Below are positions 31,602 through 41,646 of a stretch of DNA of 64,000 nt, piece after piece. This DNA is from an uncultured bacterium. Lineage in GTDB: Bacteria > Planctomycetota > UBA1135 > GCA-002686595. Below the pieces are notes generated by a model. That model did no database searches and had not been told where the DNA came from. It saw only the letters and a list, made by a program, of their open reading frames with translations. Position 1 is the stretch's first letter. Every line of letters begins with the position of its first letter. The translations under genes were made by a program, and so were the position numbers. Location of the stretch: the NCBI GenBank assembly GCA_943787795.1, contig CALSNU010000006.1, forward strand, positions 480,001 to 544,000. The letters run 5' to 3'.

Positions 31602-31840
31602 GCCCCCGCGCGCCGGCGCCAGGGGATCCCTGGCGACGAAACTGCGGCGGCGGGGATACTGCGATGGGGCTGCGGTGACAGCCGGGCGGTGTACCCTCCG
31701 GGGCACTGACGAGACCTCGCCATCGCCCGCCGGACCCGATAGCCTCGCCCTCCCCGCGCCGCTCCGCCCAACGACGGCCTCCTGCGTGGAGGTCCGCTCC
31801 GGTCCCCAGCGGCCGGCCCCTCCCTGGGCCCGCCCGCAAG

Positions 31841-33229
31841 ATGCCCTCCCCAGCCCAACGAAGCACGCTGAAGCGCATCGCGCTCCTCGCAGCCCTCCTG
31901 TCGACGTTGGCCGCCGTCAGCCTCGGCGTGTTGGTGCTCCGCTGGAAGCGCGACATCGCGAGGGAGCTCGACGCGATCGTGGCCTCGGGCGCTCCGTTGA
32001 CCGCGGCGGACATCGAGGCGCCAGCTGCGACCGCCTCCCCCTGGTGGGAGGGAGTGGAGCGTGACGACCCGGTGTGGGATCTCGGGATCATGGATCCGGT
32101 GGCCCTGGCGGCGCTCCTCGAGCGTCCCGACGACGAGCTCGCGCCCTTCCCCAGGGACCTGCTCGAGGACCTCGACGCGCTCTATGGGCGGACCACAGAA
32201 GCGGGACGATCCGTCGACGACCTGTGGTTGGGCGACCGGCCCTTGATCGCCCTCGGCTCCCCTCCCGCGCCTCCGCCCGCGGGGCGCCTCCTGATCGCCC
32301 GGATCGAGCACGCCGCCGCGGGCAAGCTCCTCGAGCGCGCGAGGAACGCGTGCGCCGGCGGCCAGTTCGACGGGAGAGCCTGGATCGACGACTGGCTCGC
32401 GGGCGACGACCTGATCGCTGTCCCCGACTCGGTGGTCGCCGTCATCGAAGCCCAGCGCGCCCTCGGCCGGAGCGCCAAGCTGGCCGCGATCGACGGGGAC
32501 GCCGACGGTGCGCTCGCTGCCCTGCGCCAGGGCTTCTGCGCCGCCCGCGCCTACGAGCGCGCCCCCGGCCTCCTCCACGGGCTGACCTGGATGCTCCAGG
32601 TCACCATGGCGACCGACGCCCTCCTGACCGTGGCCTCGGAGCTGCCCGGGGTCGACCTCGCGGAGTTCGAGGGGGACCTCGCGGGGCTGGATGCGCAGGC
32701 AGCGCTCCATCGAGTCATGCAGGAGGAGCGCGCCCTGGGCATGGGGGCCTTCGAGAGGGGTCTCCACCCGAGCGGGGTCGACTGGTGGACCTCTCCCCTC
32801 ACCTCGCTGGGGCTCTGGCTGTTCGAGAGCAACGACCAACGGGTCTTCCTGACCACCTTCGCAGGGGCCCTCGCGGCCTCGATCGAGCCCGGGTTCTCGG
32901 GCCGGGCGGCCATGGGAGAGGCGACCCTGGCTCTCCACGACGAGGCCTTCGCCCTGCGATCCCAGTTGTTGTTCCCCGCGGTCCACAGCGCGTTCGACAG
33001 CGCCGCGGCGGTCCACGCCACCGCGACCCTCGCCGCCGCCGTCCTGATGGGGCGCCGCGAGGGGACGGATGCGGCCCGGTCCTGGATTGAATCCCAGCTG
33101 GACCCCTTCTCCGGGGCTCCTTATCGAACGGAGACCTTGGCCAGCGGCGGGGTTCGTGCCTGGTCCATCGGCCCCGACGCCGACCTGGGCGCTGGAGACG
33201 AGATCGCCGCCCACCTCCCCGGGCGCTAG
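31841..33229 (+). CDS. Membrane-anchored helical hypothetical protein
   Basis: N-terminal TM, Ala/Leu-rich helices, C-terminal DPFSGAPY...WSIGPD. Confidence 0.7.
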   Translation: MPSPAQRSTLKRIALLAALLSTLAAVSLGVLVLRWKRDIARELDAIVASGAPLTAADIEAPAATASPWWEGVERDDPVWDLGIMDPVALAALLERPDDELAPFPRDLLEDLDALYGRTTEAGRSVDDLWLGDRPLIALGSPPAPPPAGRLLIARIEHAAAGKLLERARNACAGGQFDGRAWIDDWLAGDDLIAVPDSVVAVIEAQRALGRSAKLAAIDGDADGALAALRQGFCAARAYERAPGLLHGLTWMLQVTMATDALLTVASELPGVDLAEFEGDLAGLDAQAALHRVMQEERALGMGAFERGLHPSGVDWWTSPLTSLGLWLFESNDQRVFLTTFAGALAASIEPGFSGRAAMGEATLALHDEAFALRSQLLFPAVHSAFDSAAAVHATATLAAAVLMGRREGTDAARSWIESQLDPFSGAPYRTETLASGGVRAWSIGPDADLGAGDEIAAHLPGR

Positions 33230-33239
33230 CCCGTCCCCC

Positions 33240-34145
33240 ATGCAGCGCCCCGCCATCGATCAGCGAGCCCGCGACGTGAGGCGCGTCCTCGTCATCGAGG
33301 GCCTCTGCAACCTGGCCCTCGCCTTGACCGAGCTCTGCGTGGGGCTCATGACGGGCTCATGGGTGCTGGTCGCCGATGCGATGCACTCCGCCACGGACCT
33401 CGCGAACAATGTCGTGGCCTGGTTCGCCATGCGCGTGGCCGGGGCCCCCGCCGACGACGGCCACCCCTACGGGCACGGCAAGTTCGAGATCCTCGCCGTG
33501 TTCGGGCTCGCCACCTTGATGGGCGTCCTCGCCCTCGAGATCCTGCTCGGCGTCCTGCGCGGCGGGGCCGCCGAGCCGGTGACGACCGGCCCGCTCAGCC
33601 TCGCGGTCGCCTGCGGCGTCATGGTGCTCCAGCTGGGCCTCGCCTACTGGCAGAACCGCCAGGCCCGACGGCTGGGGTCCGAGCTGCTCCACGCGGACGC
33701 GACCCACACCCTCGCCGACACGGCCACCACCCTCGCGGCCATCGTCGGCTGGCAGATCGCCGCCCGCGGCTTCCCGTGGCTCGACCGCGTGCTGGCGGTC
33801 GCCGTGGCGGTCTTCGTCCTGGTGCTCGCCTTCCAGCTCTTCCGGCGGGCGGTCCCGATCCTCGTGGACGGTGCCGCCGTGCCGCCCAGCGAGCTCGTCG
33901 CGGTGCTCAGGACCGTCGAGGGGGTCGCGGGGATCGGCCAGGTCCGCAGTCGCTGGGACGGCACCCGGCGCACGGCGGACGTCACGGTGCGCGTCGACCC
34001 GACCCTCGATGCGGTCCAGGCCCACGACATCGCCGACGGGGTCGAGGCGAGCCTGACCCTCCAGCTCGCCTTCGACGAGGTCCTGGTCCACGTGGAGCCC
34101 GACGTCGGGGAAGGTCCCCCCCGGCGAGGGCCAATGACCGACTGA
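33240..34145 (+). CDS. Cation diffusion facilitator (FieF-like) transporter
   Basis: ADAMHSATD, HPYGHGKFE, ADATHTLAD, AHDIAD, VHVEP. Confidence 0.92.
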   Translation: MQRPAIDQRARDVRRVLVIEGLCNLALALTELCVGLMTGSWVLVADAMHSATDLANNVVAWFAMRVAGAPADDGHPYGHGKFEILAVFGLATLMGVLALEILLGVLRGGAAEPVTTGPLSLAVACGVMVLQLGLAYWQNRQARRLGSELLHADATHTLADTATTLAAIVGWQIAARGFPWLDRVLAVAVAVFVLVLAFQLFRRAVPILVDGAAVPPSELVAVLRTVEGVAGIGQVRSRWDGTRRTADVTVRVDPTLDAVQAHDIADGVEASLTLQLAFDEVLVHVEPDVGEGPPRRGPMTD

Positions 34146-34229
34146 ACCCGGCCCGCCCCTCGGCTCCTCCGCTCCATCGCTAGAGTCGAGGGGTCGCCCC
34201 CCCCCAGCCCACAACGGCCCCCGAGCACC

Positions 34230-34382
34230 ATGGCCTTCCTCTTCCTGAGCTACCTCGCCACCTTCGCGTGCGTGATCCGCGGACGGCGCTCCGCCGCTCT
34301 CGCGGGCCTCGCCCTCAGCACGGCGCTGAGCGTGGCCATGTTCTTCCACCACACGACGTCGGGCCTGGAGCTCAACTTCTGA
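34230..34382 (+). CDS. 50-aa two-TM small protein (DUF5993-like), coupled to dsbB; not in the ORF track
   Basis: MAFLFLSYLATFACVIRGRRSAALAGLALSTALSVAMFFHHTTSGLELNF*. TGATG overlap with dsbB. Confidence 0.75.
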   Translation: MAFLFLSYLATFACVIRGRRSAALAGLALSTALSVAMFFHHTTSGLELNF

Positions 34383-34921
34383 TGGAGAACCGTCCGCTCC
34401 TCTACACCGTGAACAGCGCGTGCATGCTGGGCCTCTCCCTCGTGCTGGTCGGCGCCTTCTACTTCCAGTACGGGCTCGGAGAGACCCCCTGCCCCCTGTG
34501 CCTGCTCCAGCGCATGGGCATGCTCGGCGTCCTGGTCGGGCTGGCCCTGAACACCGCCTTCGGCTTCCGCCAGGAGCACGCCGCCGTGATCATCGGCGCC
34601 GCCCTCGTGGGCGGCTCCTTCTCCGTCCGGCAGATCCTCCTGCACATCGCCCCCGTGGAAGGAGAGCCCGCGGGCTACGGCTCCGCCGTCCTCGGCATGC
34701 ACCTGTACACCTGGGCGGCGATCGTCTTCCTGACCACGATCGCGGGGACGGCCGTGTTTCTTTGCCTCATCCGCGACGAGCCGGCGGGCACCGTGCGACG
34801 CCCCACACCCTTCGACCGCGGCGCGCTCCTCTTCGTCACCATCATCTGCCTGGCCAATGCCCTCGCGACCTTCGTCGAGTGCGGCGCGGGGGCCTGCTGC
34901 GAGAATGGCCCCTGCCCCTGA
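34382..34921 (+). CDS. dsbB: Disulfide bond formation protein B family
   Basis: PCPLCLLQR, RQILLHI, GYGSAVLGMHLYTW; Cys-rich tail ECGAGACCENGPCP. Confidence 0.88.
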   Translation: MENRPLLYTVNSACMLGLSLVLVGAFYFQYGLGETPCPLCLLQRMGMLGVLVGLALNTAFGFRQEHAAVIIGAALVGGSFSVRQILLHIAPVEGEPAGYGSAVLGMHLYTWAAIVFLTTIAGTAVFLCLIRDEPAGTVRRPTPFDRGALLFVTIICLANALATFVECGAGACCENGPCP

Positions 34922-35102
34922 GTGCAAGAGCCAGAGGCCTGCCAGCGGGGCGGAGCCCTGGCCGTCGATTCGGCTTGCTTATCGAGCCGTATGGCACCAA
35001 TGCGGAGAGGACTACGCGAGCAGACGTAGCCTTTGCCAGTGCTCCACCTGCACCCGCGGGACCCGGGGCACGCCACGTCTTCCCGACCCCAGCCCCATCG
35101 AA

Positions 35103-35510
35103 ATGAACCGCTCTTCCCGAATCGCTCGCTCCCTCCAAACCCTCACCCTGGCCCTCCTCCTCCCCCTCGGTGCGGGATGCCAGGGCTGGACCATGGACTA
35201 CGGCAAGCCCGCCGCCCAGTTCGAGGCCGTCGACGCCGCCGCCATCGCGCCCGACCATGTCGGGGAGAAGGTCGCCGTGCGGGGCGAGGTCCGCTCCGTG
35301 GACGTCTCCGACCCAGAGGACTGCGTGGTCGAGCTCGAGGGGGGCGTCACCGCCCGCTTCGGAGACTTCAAGGACGCTGCCGAGTCCTGCCCCGTGGGCA
35401 CCGTCGTCTATCTCTATGGGATCGTGAAGGCCGCGTCCCCCGGCGGCGTGACCCTCGACCCCGCCAGCCGCAGGGACCCGACGGCGCCCTTCGAGCCGGA
35501 AAAGCCCTGA
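35103..35510 (+). CDS. Putative OB-fold lipoprotein
   Basis: Lipobox GAGC; GEKVAVRGEV...VVYLYGIV OB-like pattern. Confidence 0.6.
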   Translation: MNRSSRIARSLQTLTLALLLPLGAGCQGWTMDYGKPAAQFEAVDAAAIAPDHVGEKVAVRGEVRSVDVSDPEDCVVELEGGVTARFGDFKDAAESCPVGTVVYLYGIVKAASPGGVTLDPASRRDPTAPFEPEKP

Positions 35511-35685
35511 CCCTCCACGGCACGCCATACGGACCCGGTGGCCGCCGGTCGACCACCGGGGCCGCCCCCCCCTCACGGCCGAGCTAGTTCGGGAGTGAGC
35601 CCGGAAGCTCACGTTGAGAGCTGAGACCGGCGCGCCCATCGGGTCACCGCCCGGTGGGACAAGGGGATCAGCGACGCTCGCGGGT

Positions 35686-36270
35686 ATGGATCACCGCGCC
35701 GCGACCCTTGGCCTCATGGTCTGCTGCGCAGCCCCCGGCCTCGCACATTTCGATGACTGCGATGGCGACGGGGCCACGGACCGGGATCAGATCGCGAGGA
35801 CGCCGTGGATGGACGGCAACGGCGACGCCGTCCTCGACCGCTGCGAGGCCGTTGGCGGCACCTACTGCACCTCGAGCGGGGGCGAAGCGAGCCCCCTCCC
35901 CTCCATGCTCGTGATCGGCTCGGACGCCGTCGAGGACGGGGACCTCACGCTCATCGCCCGCTTCCTCCCCCTGAACAGCGTCGGCGACTTCGTCGCCTCA
36001 CGGACCCCGGGCAACACCCTCCCCGTGCCGGGCAGCATCGACCGCCTCTGCGTGTCGGGCAGCATCGGCAGGGCGGTCGGCGGCGTCCTCGACTTCAGCA
36101 CCCTCGGGACCCCCGTGGCCCAGGTCGATCTCACGGCGATCCCCCAGCCCACCGGCCCCGTCGCCGTCCAGCCCGGCGAGACCTTGCACTTCCAGGCCTG
36201 GCACCGCACCACCCTCGCCGGCCAGCCCACCTCGGACCTCACCGACGCGGTGCGGGTGACCTTCGAGTAG
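35686..36270 (+). CDS. Small exported protein: DCDGDG/DGNGD Ca-binding-like repeats plus the shared C-terminal domain
   Basis: DCDGDGATD..DGNGDAVLDRCE, then GTYC...LC..GSIGR...GETLHFQAWHR...SDLTDAVRVTF. Confidence 0.75.
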   Translation: MDHRAATLGLMVCCAAPGLAHFDDCDGDGATDRDQIARTPWMDGNGDAVLDRCEAVGGTYCTSSGGEASPLPSMLVIGSDAVEDGDLTLIARFLPLNSVGDFVASRTPGNTLPVPGSIDRLCVSGSIGRAVGGVLDFSTLGTPVAQVDLTAIPQPTGPVAVQPGETLHFQAWHRTTLAGQPTSDLTDAVRVTFE

Positions 36271-36276
36271 GCCAGC

Positions 36277-36966
36277 CTACCTGGTCTTCTGGCCGGCCCG
36301 GCTGCCCGCGCGGTGGAGCCTGCGCTCGAGCCAGGCCCAGACCCCGAGCCGGTCCATGGGCGCGTTCAGCCAGCCCGTGGTGATGCAGTACGACGAGTCG
36401 AACCCGTTCGAGTGGTGCACGGCGTGGCGCTCGGGGGTGATCACGAGGCCCAGCGCCTGCATCCACCGCGCGAGGCGCGGCGGACGCTGCATGTGAGCCC
36501 AGCGATGGAAGAGGTTCGTGCAGACGCCCCCGACCATCGCGCTCAGGATGAGCGCGCCGGCGAGGAGCGTGAGCGGTGCGCCCGACGCGAGGTCGAGCAG
36601 GTGGAAGGCCGCCGCCAAGGTGGGCAGCGCCAGCACGGCGGTGTTACCCACGAGCTCGACGAGGCCGTGCTCCACCATCTCCTCGGGCACCACGTGGTGC
36701 TGGCGAAAGGGCGCGATGAACCCGGGTCCGATGATGGGCGTCGTCTCCTCGAAGAAGCGGTCCCCGACCCAGTGCGCGAGCCCTGAGAGGAGGTCCGCCA
36801 TGAGGTATCCGCTCATGAGCCCCGCGGCGACGGCGAGCGCTTGGGCCGCGGATCCGACCTCGCCCGCGAGCCGCACTGCGAGCGCCAGCGCATAGGCGGT
36901 GAAGGTCGCCATGGCGACCGACTCGAGCACGCGTTGGCCGAGGGAGTGCTCCGAGGGTTGACTCAC
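36277..36966 (-). CDS. carF: CarF/TMEM189 (Kua) family lipid desaturase
   Basis: DLLSGLAHWVGD, FRQHH, EHGLVE..GN, FHRWAH, HAVHH, YCITTGWLN. Confidence 0.85.
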   Translation of the reverse strand: MSQPSEHSLGQRVLESVAMATFTAYALALAVRLAGEVGSAAQALAVAAGLMSGYLMADLLSGLAHWVGDRFFEETTPIIGPGFIAPFRQHHVVPEEMVEHGLVELVGNTAVLALPTLAAAFHLLDLASGAPLTLLAGALILSAMVGGVCTNLFHRWAHMQRPPRLARWMQALGLVITPERHAVHHSNGFDSSYCITTGWLNAPMDRLGVWAWLERRLHRAGSRAGQKTR

Positions 36967-37184
36967 CAACCCAGGATAGGTGGACGCCGACCTGCCCGGA
37001 CCAGAATCCACCTTCGGCTCGGCGAGCCGGCGCGCGCTGAACCTACGATGAGACGTAATGGTCCTGATCTCGACGTCGAGCGCACCCGTACGGGCTCTCA
37101 CCACAGCAACGGGACCGCGGGGGCCTGGGATGGCGCCGCAGGCACCTCAACCCGCTCCCGCCGAGCAGGCGTGATGTCCGCAAC

Positions 37185-38153
37185 GTGCTGAACCCCGAGC
37201 GAACCACGGTCATCGTCAACCCCGCCGCCGGCAGCGGCCGCGTCGGGCGTCGATGGAGCCAGCTGGAGCGCGAGCTGGGCGGGATCCTCGGGCCGGTTCG
37301 CTTCCAGAGGACCGAGGGGCCGGGGCACGGGACAGAGCTCGCGCGGCAGGCCGTCCTCGACGGGCACCACACGCTCCTCTCCCTCGGAGGGGACGGGACC
37401 CACAACGAGGTGGTCAACGGGATCATGGAGGCGTCGCCCCCCGAAGGCGCGGTGTCCTTCGGCGTGCTCCCCGCCGGCACCGGCGGCGACTTCGCCCGCA
37501 CGCTCGAGGTCCCGCGCGATCCGGTCGGCGCGGCCCGCGCCCTGGTCGACGCCCCGACGAGCCCCCTCGACCTCGGTCGAGTGACGATCGAGTCCACGAG
37601 CCCCGCCCAGGTGCGTCACTTCGTGAACGTCGGCACCTTCGGCATGAGCGGCCTGATCGACGAGCTCGTCAAGGGGTCCAGCACGGCCCTCGGCGGCAGG
37701 GTGTCGTTCTTCCTGGCGTCGGTCCGCGGGCTCTTCCGGTACCGGCCCGCGACGGTCCGGCTCACCGCGGACGGCGAGGTGCTTGGGACCTTCAGGATCA
37801 ACACCGTGGCCCTGGGCAACGCCCAGTTCTGCGGCGGCGGCATGCGCATGGCGCCGGAGGCCGATCCCAGCGACGGCTGGCTGGACGGGGTCATCATCGA
37901 GCAGCGCTCCATTCCGCGCATGCTCTCCCTGACGGCCTCGATCTACCGGGGCAAGCACACCGGCTGCAGCTTCGTCCACACCTTCCGCGCCCGCCGCCTG
38001 ACCGCCGAGCTCATGGGCGACGACCCGGCCTACCTCGACCTGGACGGCGAGGCCCCCGGCGTCCTCCCCGCCACCTTCGAGGTCCTCCCCGGCGCCCTCA
38101 CGCTCCTCGGCCAGGTTCGAGGCCGCCCGGCCCTGAAGCCGCCGGGGACCTAG
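37185..38153 (+). CDS. Diacylglycerol kinase family lipid kinase (YegS/DagK-like)
   Basis: IVNPAAG, GGDGTHNEVVNG, PAGTGGDFAR, GGGM, LDGE. Confidence 0.93.
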   Translation: MLNPERTTVIVNPAAGSGRVGRRWSQLERELGGILGPVRFQRTEGPGHGTELARQAVLDGHHTLLSLGGDGTHNEVVNGIMEASPPEGAVSFGVLPAGTGGDFARTLEVPRDPVGAARALVDAPTSPLDLGRVTIESTSPAQVRHFVNVGTFGMSGLIDELVKGSSTALGGRVSFFLASVRGLFRYRPATVRLTADGEVLGTFRINTVALGNAQFCGGGMRMAPEADPSDGWLDGVIIEQRSIPRMLSLTASIYRGKHTGCSFVHTFRARRLTAELMGDDPAYLDLDGEAPGVLPATFEVLPGALTLLGQVRGRPALKPPGT

Positions 38154-38437
38154 GGTCCGTCGGTCGCCACCGGCGACGCGCGGCTCGCCGTACCGGAGAG
38201 ACCCGCCGGCCGGGGCGCGCAAGATCCTCCTCCGCTCGAGCTCTTCCCCGGGGCCTGCGGGCCGAGCCCTCCGTCCCACGGCCAGTGGTAGGCTCGGGCT
38301 GGCGCAAAGGGGACGCCCCCCCGGCCCGAGACGGGCCCGACTCGGGCTCAACGCAGATCCGGCTGGCTTGGGTACGGGGGCGCCGAGGGTTGGCTCCGCC
38401 TCCTGCTGGGTTAAGTTGACACGGAGAGAGCCGCCCG

Positions 38438-38629
38438 ATGGCCAAGACAAAGCGCACCCGTCAGAAGCCCTGCGACCGCTGCAAGGCCGCGAGCACCGCG
38501 CTGTTCCGAGTCCAGATATCGGCCGAGGGTCACTGGGTCTTTGTCTGTGGCCCGTGCCTCGAGCTGGTGAAGCCCGGGAACCCCGACTACCGCTACGGCG
38601 GCACCTGGAAGAGCCGCAAGCGTCACTGA
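38438..38629 (+). CDS. 63-aa basic CxxC/CxxC zinc-ribbon-like small protein
   Basis: CDRC...CGPC...YRYGGTWK; GGAG upstream; GC-rich third positions. Confidence 0.75.
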   Translation: MAKTKRTRQKPCDRCKAASTALFRVQISAEGHWVFVCGPCLELVKPGNPDYRYGGTWKSRKRH

Positions 38630-38769
38630 GCGTCGCGAGGGGGCGCTCCGCGATCCGGCTGGATCCTCTCCGTGCCCCCAGCGTCACCGGCGGGTGGAGC
38701 ATCCTGCCCTGCCCTGCCGTCTTCACGCCCTGGCTTTGGACCGCGGCGGACGCGCGGGGCGCGTCAGTC

Positions 38770-40008
38770 TCACGGCTGCAGCTCGATCGTGAAGCGGCCG
38801 GGGGTCACGTGCTCCAGCTCGGAGCCAGCGGAGGTCAGGCGCAGCACGCCGCCGACCATGTGGGCCTGGAGCCGGCCGCCGAAGGGATCCTCGATCTCTG
38901 GAGTCTCCCCGGTCAGGCGGTACTCGACCGCCGCAATCACGAGCCGCAGGCGCGCCCGGCACTCGTAGAGCGCGCGTTCCGCCGTTCGCGACTGCCCCAA
39001 CCCCGAGGTCAGCTCGGTGATCACGTTGGACGGATCCTGGAGCTCGGCGGCAGCCTGCAACAGCGCAGCGTCGCGCGCTGGCCAGGGCTGCCCCTCACTC
39101 GCCGCCAGTAACTCGATCTCACGCGTCGCACGCGCGACGTGGTCCGCTTGCATCGCGCTCACCGAGAACCCGTAGCGCCAGGCCATCAGATTCCCCATGG
39201 GGTGGAGCGGCCACCCTCCCAAGGTGGCGTCCTCCACCGTGCTCATCCTGTGAACCCAGGCGACCAAGTCCCCTTCGCGCACCAGGAGCGGGCGCTGCAG
39301 CTCGGAGTCCAGTCGGTAGAGCCCGTCGGCCAGCATCCGAAGCCCTTCAGGGCTGAGTCGCTGCAGCATGCCCTGGTCGACCAGAGCCTCGAAGGTCGTG
39401 ATCGAGATCAGCAAGCAACCGGTGAGCGAGACCGTCCCGACCGGCGTGTGCAGCAGGTCGCAACCCAACTGCGCGTTATCGAGCAGGTGCTGCACCGCGC
39501 GCTCAGAGTCGCCGTGATCGAGCGCGCTCTGCGCCGCGAGGATGCCGAGCCGCACCAGCGAATGATGCTCCAGCATCATCGGGAGCCGGCCTGAGAACCC
39601 ACGCTCCCACTCGAGGCGGAAGGATGCGTCGGCGCAGCGAGCCCCCTGCGCGAGAGCGTCGAGGCTGGCCTTGTTGGCAAGCAGTAACCGTCGACGCTCC
39701 TGTCGCGCCGAAGGGTCCTCGGATTCGAAGGCCTTGAAGCAGCGCCCCAGCTCTATGGCCAGCCGCGGGTTCCTCTTCGGGCTCGTGTGCGCGACCGCCC
39801 GCGCGTAGCTCTCAAAGGCGAGGCCCTCGGACGGTTCGCCGGGCAGCAGGGTGCGGCGCCCGCGGCGCTGCTCGAAGGCGCCCTTCAGCTCCTCCACGGA
39901 ACCGAGAGCTTCCTCCCATGCGGTCCTGGAGCGCTGCAACGAGGTGAGAGTCAAGACGATGGCGAGGGCAGCGAGCATGAAGCCCGCGCGGATCCAGAGG
40001 TGACGCAT
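38770..40008 (-). CDS. Membrane-anchored helical hypothetical protein (distant paralog of 31841)
   Basis: N-terminal TM, helical body, C-terminal EDPFGG....LTSAG. Confidence 0.7.
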   Translation of the reverse strand: MRHLWIRAGFMLAALAIVLTLTSLQRSRTAWEEALGSVEELKGAFEQRRGRRTLLPGEPSEGLAFESYARAVAHTSPKRNPRLAIELGRCFKAFESEDPSARQERRRLLLANKASLDALAQGARCADASFRLEWERGFSGRLPMMLEHHSLVRLGILAAQSALDHGDSERAVQHLLDNAQLGCDLLHTPVGTVSLTGCLLISITTFEALVDQGMLQRLSPEGLRMLADGLYRLDSELQRPLLVREGDLVAWVHRMSTVEDATLGGWPLHPMGNLMAWRYGFSVSAMQADHVARATREIELLAASEGQPWPARDAALLQAAAELQDPSNVITELTSGLGQSRTAERALYECRARLRLVIAAVEYRLTGETPEIEDPFGGRLQAHMVGGVLRLTSAGSELEHVTPGRFTIELQP

Positions 40009-40489
40009 GCCGTGCTTATCGGAATACGCGAGGTTTGAGCAGTTCGAGATTGCTGGCATTCGCCCGAGGATTGCGTAGCGAGCGCCAGGAGAGCCTGGGG
40101 GGGGCCCTGCGACTCACCTGCGCCATCCGGAGCGCTCCACCAGCTAGCGAAGCCAACCTGGCCATGCCTCGGCCGTCCCCCCGCATTCCCGCCGCGATGA
40201 GGTCCGCGACCTGGACCGACCTCAGTGGGCGGCAACCGGGGCGCCCCCCACCGTTTGGGCCGACCGCCGCCCGTCCCTCCGGTCCCCATCACCCCCACGA
40301 TCCCATTCGCCCCATCGGCCAGCCCTCACAATGGGCCCGTTGATCAGCCTCCCTGACCGATAGCCTCCTCCGCCCTCCCCCTGGCGCAGATTGGGGCCGA
40401 ATGGGGCCGCACGATTGGCGCGCCGAGCGCCTCGGTCACATCGGCCCCATCGACCTTCGGCTCGGGGAGTGAACGGCTGAGGCCTCCCT

Positions 40490-41515
40490 TCAGCGGAGCT
40501 CCACCAGCACCGGCAGGTGGTCCGAGCCGATGCGCGGCCCGGCCTCGCGGTGGAGGACCCGGACGCCGCGGCCCACGAGGAAGTGGTCGATGGGGATCCG
40601 GGCGAGGTAGGGCAGGCCTGCGCTCCAGGTGGGCTGGAGACCGAAGCCCCTCCGAGAGTCGCGGAGGTCGCCGAGGTCCAGGACGCGGGAGAAGACCGGG
40701 GACCACGGCGTGGCGTTGAGGTCTCCCGCCAGGACCACCCGCGGTCCGAGCTCGCGGGCCCGCCGGGCGACCGCCTCGAGCTGACGATCTCTCTGGGCAG
40801 CCGCCTCGCTCCCCATGGGCGGGACCGGGTGGGTCAACAGCAGCCGCAGGCTGGAGCCCTCGAGCCCCGTCTCGATAGACGGGACCCCGGCGGCGCCGAG
40901 CTGGACGATCCGCCCGTCGGTCAACGGCCGCCTGGAGTAGAGGGCGATGCCGAAGTTGTCGCCCCGGGGCGCCGCGAGCCGATGGGGAAACTCCACCTCC
41001 AGAGGGGCGAGGTCCGCGAGCCAGGCCTCGCTCACCTCCAGCAGGAGCACGGCGTCGGGCTGCGTCGACTCCACCAGCTCGAGCAGGCCTCGCCGGTTGG
41101 CGTTGCTGGTCCGCACGTTCGCCATCAGCAGACGGGTCCCCCCTGGGGTCAGCGCCGCTCGATCCGGGGGAGATTCGGTGAGCTCGAGCAGCGGCCCCGA
41201 GTGCAATCCCACCACGACCGCGGTGAGCGCCAGCCCAAGGGGCCGCGCGAGGCACGCGAAGCCGGCCATCGCCGACCAGCGCCAGGAGGCCGTACTGGAA
41301 CGCGAAGTGCGTGGAGAGCTCCAGGCCCCAGTGCCAGTCCGGCGCACGCCATGGCCAGCCTCGCCAGCACCAGCCCCGCGAGCGCCAGCCAGAGGAGGCG
41401 GGCAGCGTTGCGGCGCCGGCCAGCGCCGCGACGGGTCCACGCGGGTCCCCCGTCGAGCCGCCGTCGGCTGCTCGGGGCCCTGGCCCCCCGTCGCCCTCGA
41501 CCGGGGTAGGGTCAT
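40490..41515 (-). CDS. Endonuclease/exonuclease/phosphatase (EEP) family protein; N-terminal region frameshifted
   Basis: ANV, LLEV, HPVPP, AGDLNATPWS, IDHFL, GSDHLPV. The TM segments LLWLALAGLVL and WHWGLELSTHFAFQY lie in the other two frames. Confidence 0.8.
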   Translation of the reverse strand: MTLPRSRATGGQGPEQPTAARRGTRVDPSRRWPAPQRCPPPLAGARGAGAGEAGHGVRRTGTGAWSSPRTSRSSTASWRWSAMAGFACLARPLGLALTAVVVGLHSGPLLELTESPPDRAALTPGGTRLLMANVRTSNANRRGLLELVESTQPDAVLLLEVSEAWLADLAPLEVEFPHRLAAPRGDNFGIALYSRRPLTDGRIVQLGAAGVPSIETGLEGSSLRLLLTHPVPPMGSEAAAQRDRQLEAVARRARELGPRVVLAGDLNATPWSPVFSRVLDLGDLRDSRRGFGLQPTWSAGLPYLARIPIDHFLVGRGVRVLHREAGPRIGSDHLPVLVELR

Positions 41516-41646
41516 GTCACGAGGTTCGCTCACGCAGAGAGCCTGCGACCTGGGCCGGCGAATATCTCCCTCGCCGGCCCCTTTTGGTCGCCCGCGCAGG
41601 GGACTCCCGTGGGAGCCGACACCGCGAGCCCCTTACCCTTGAGCCC

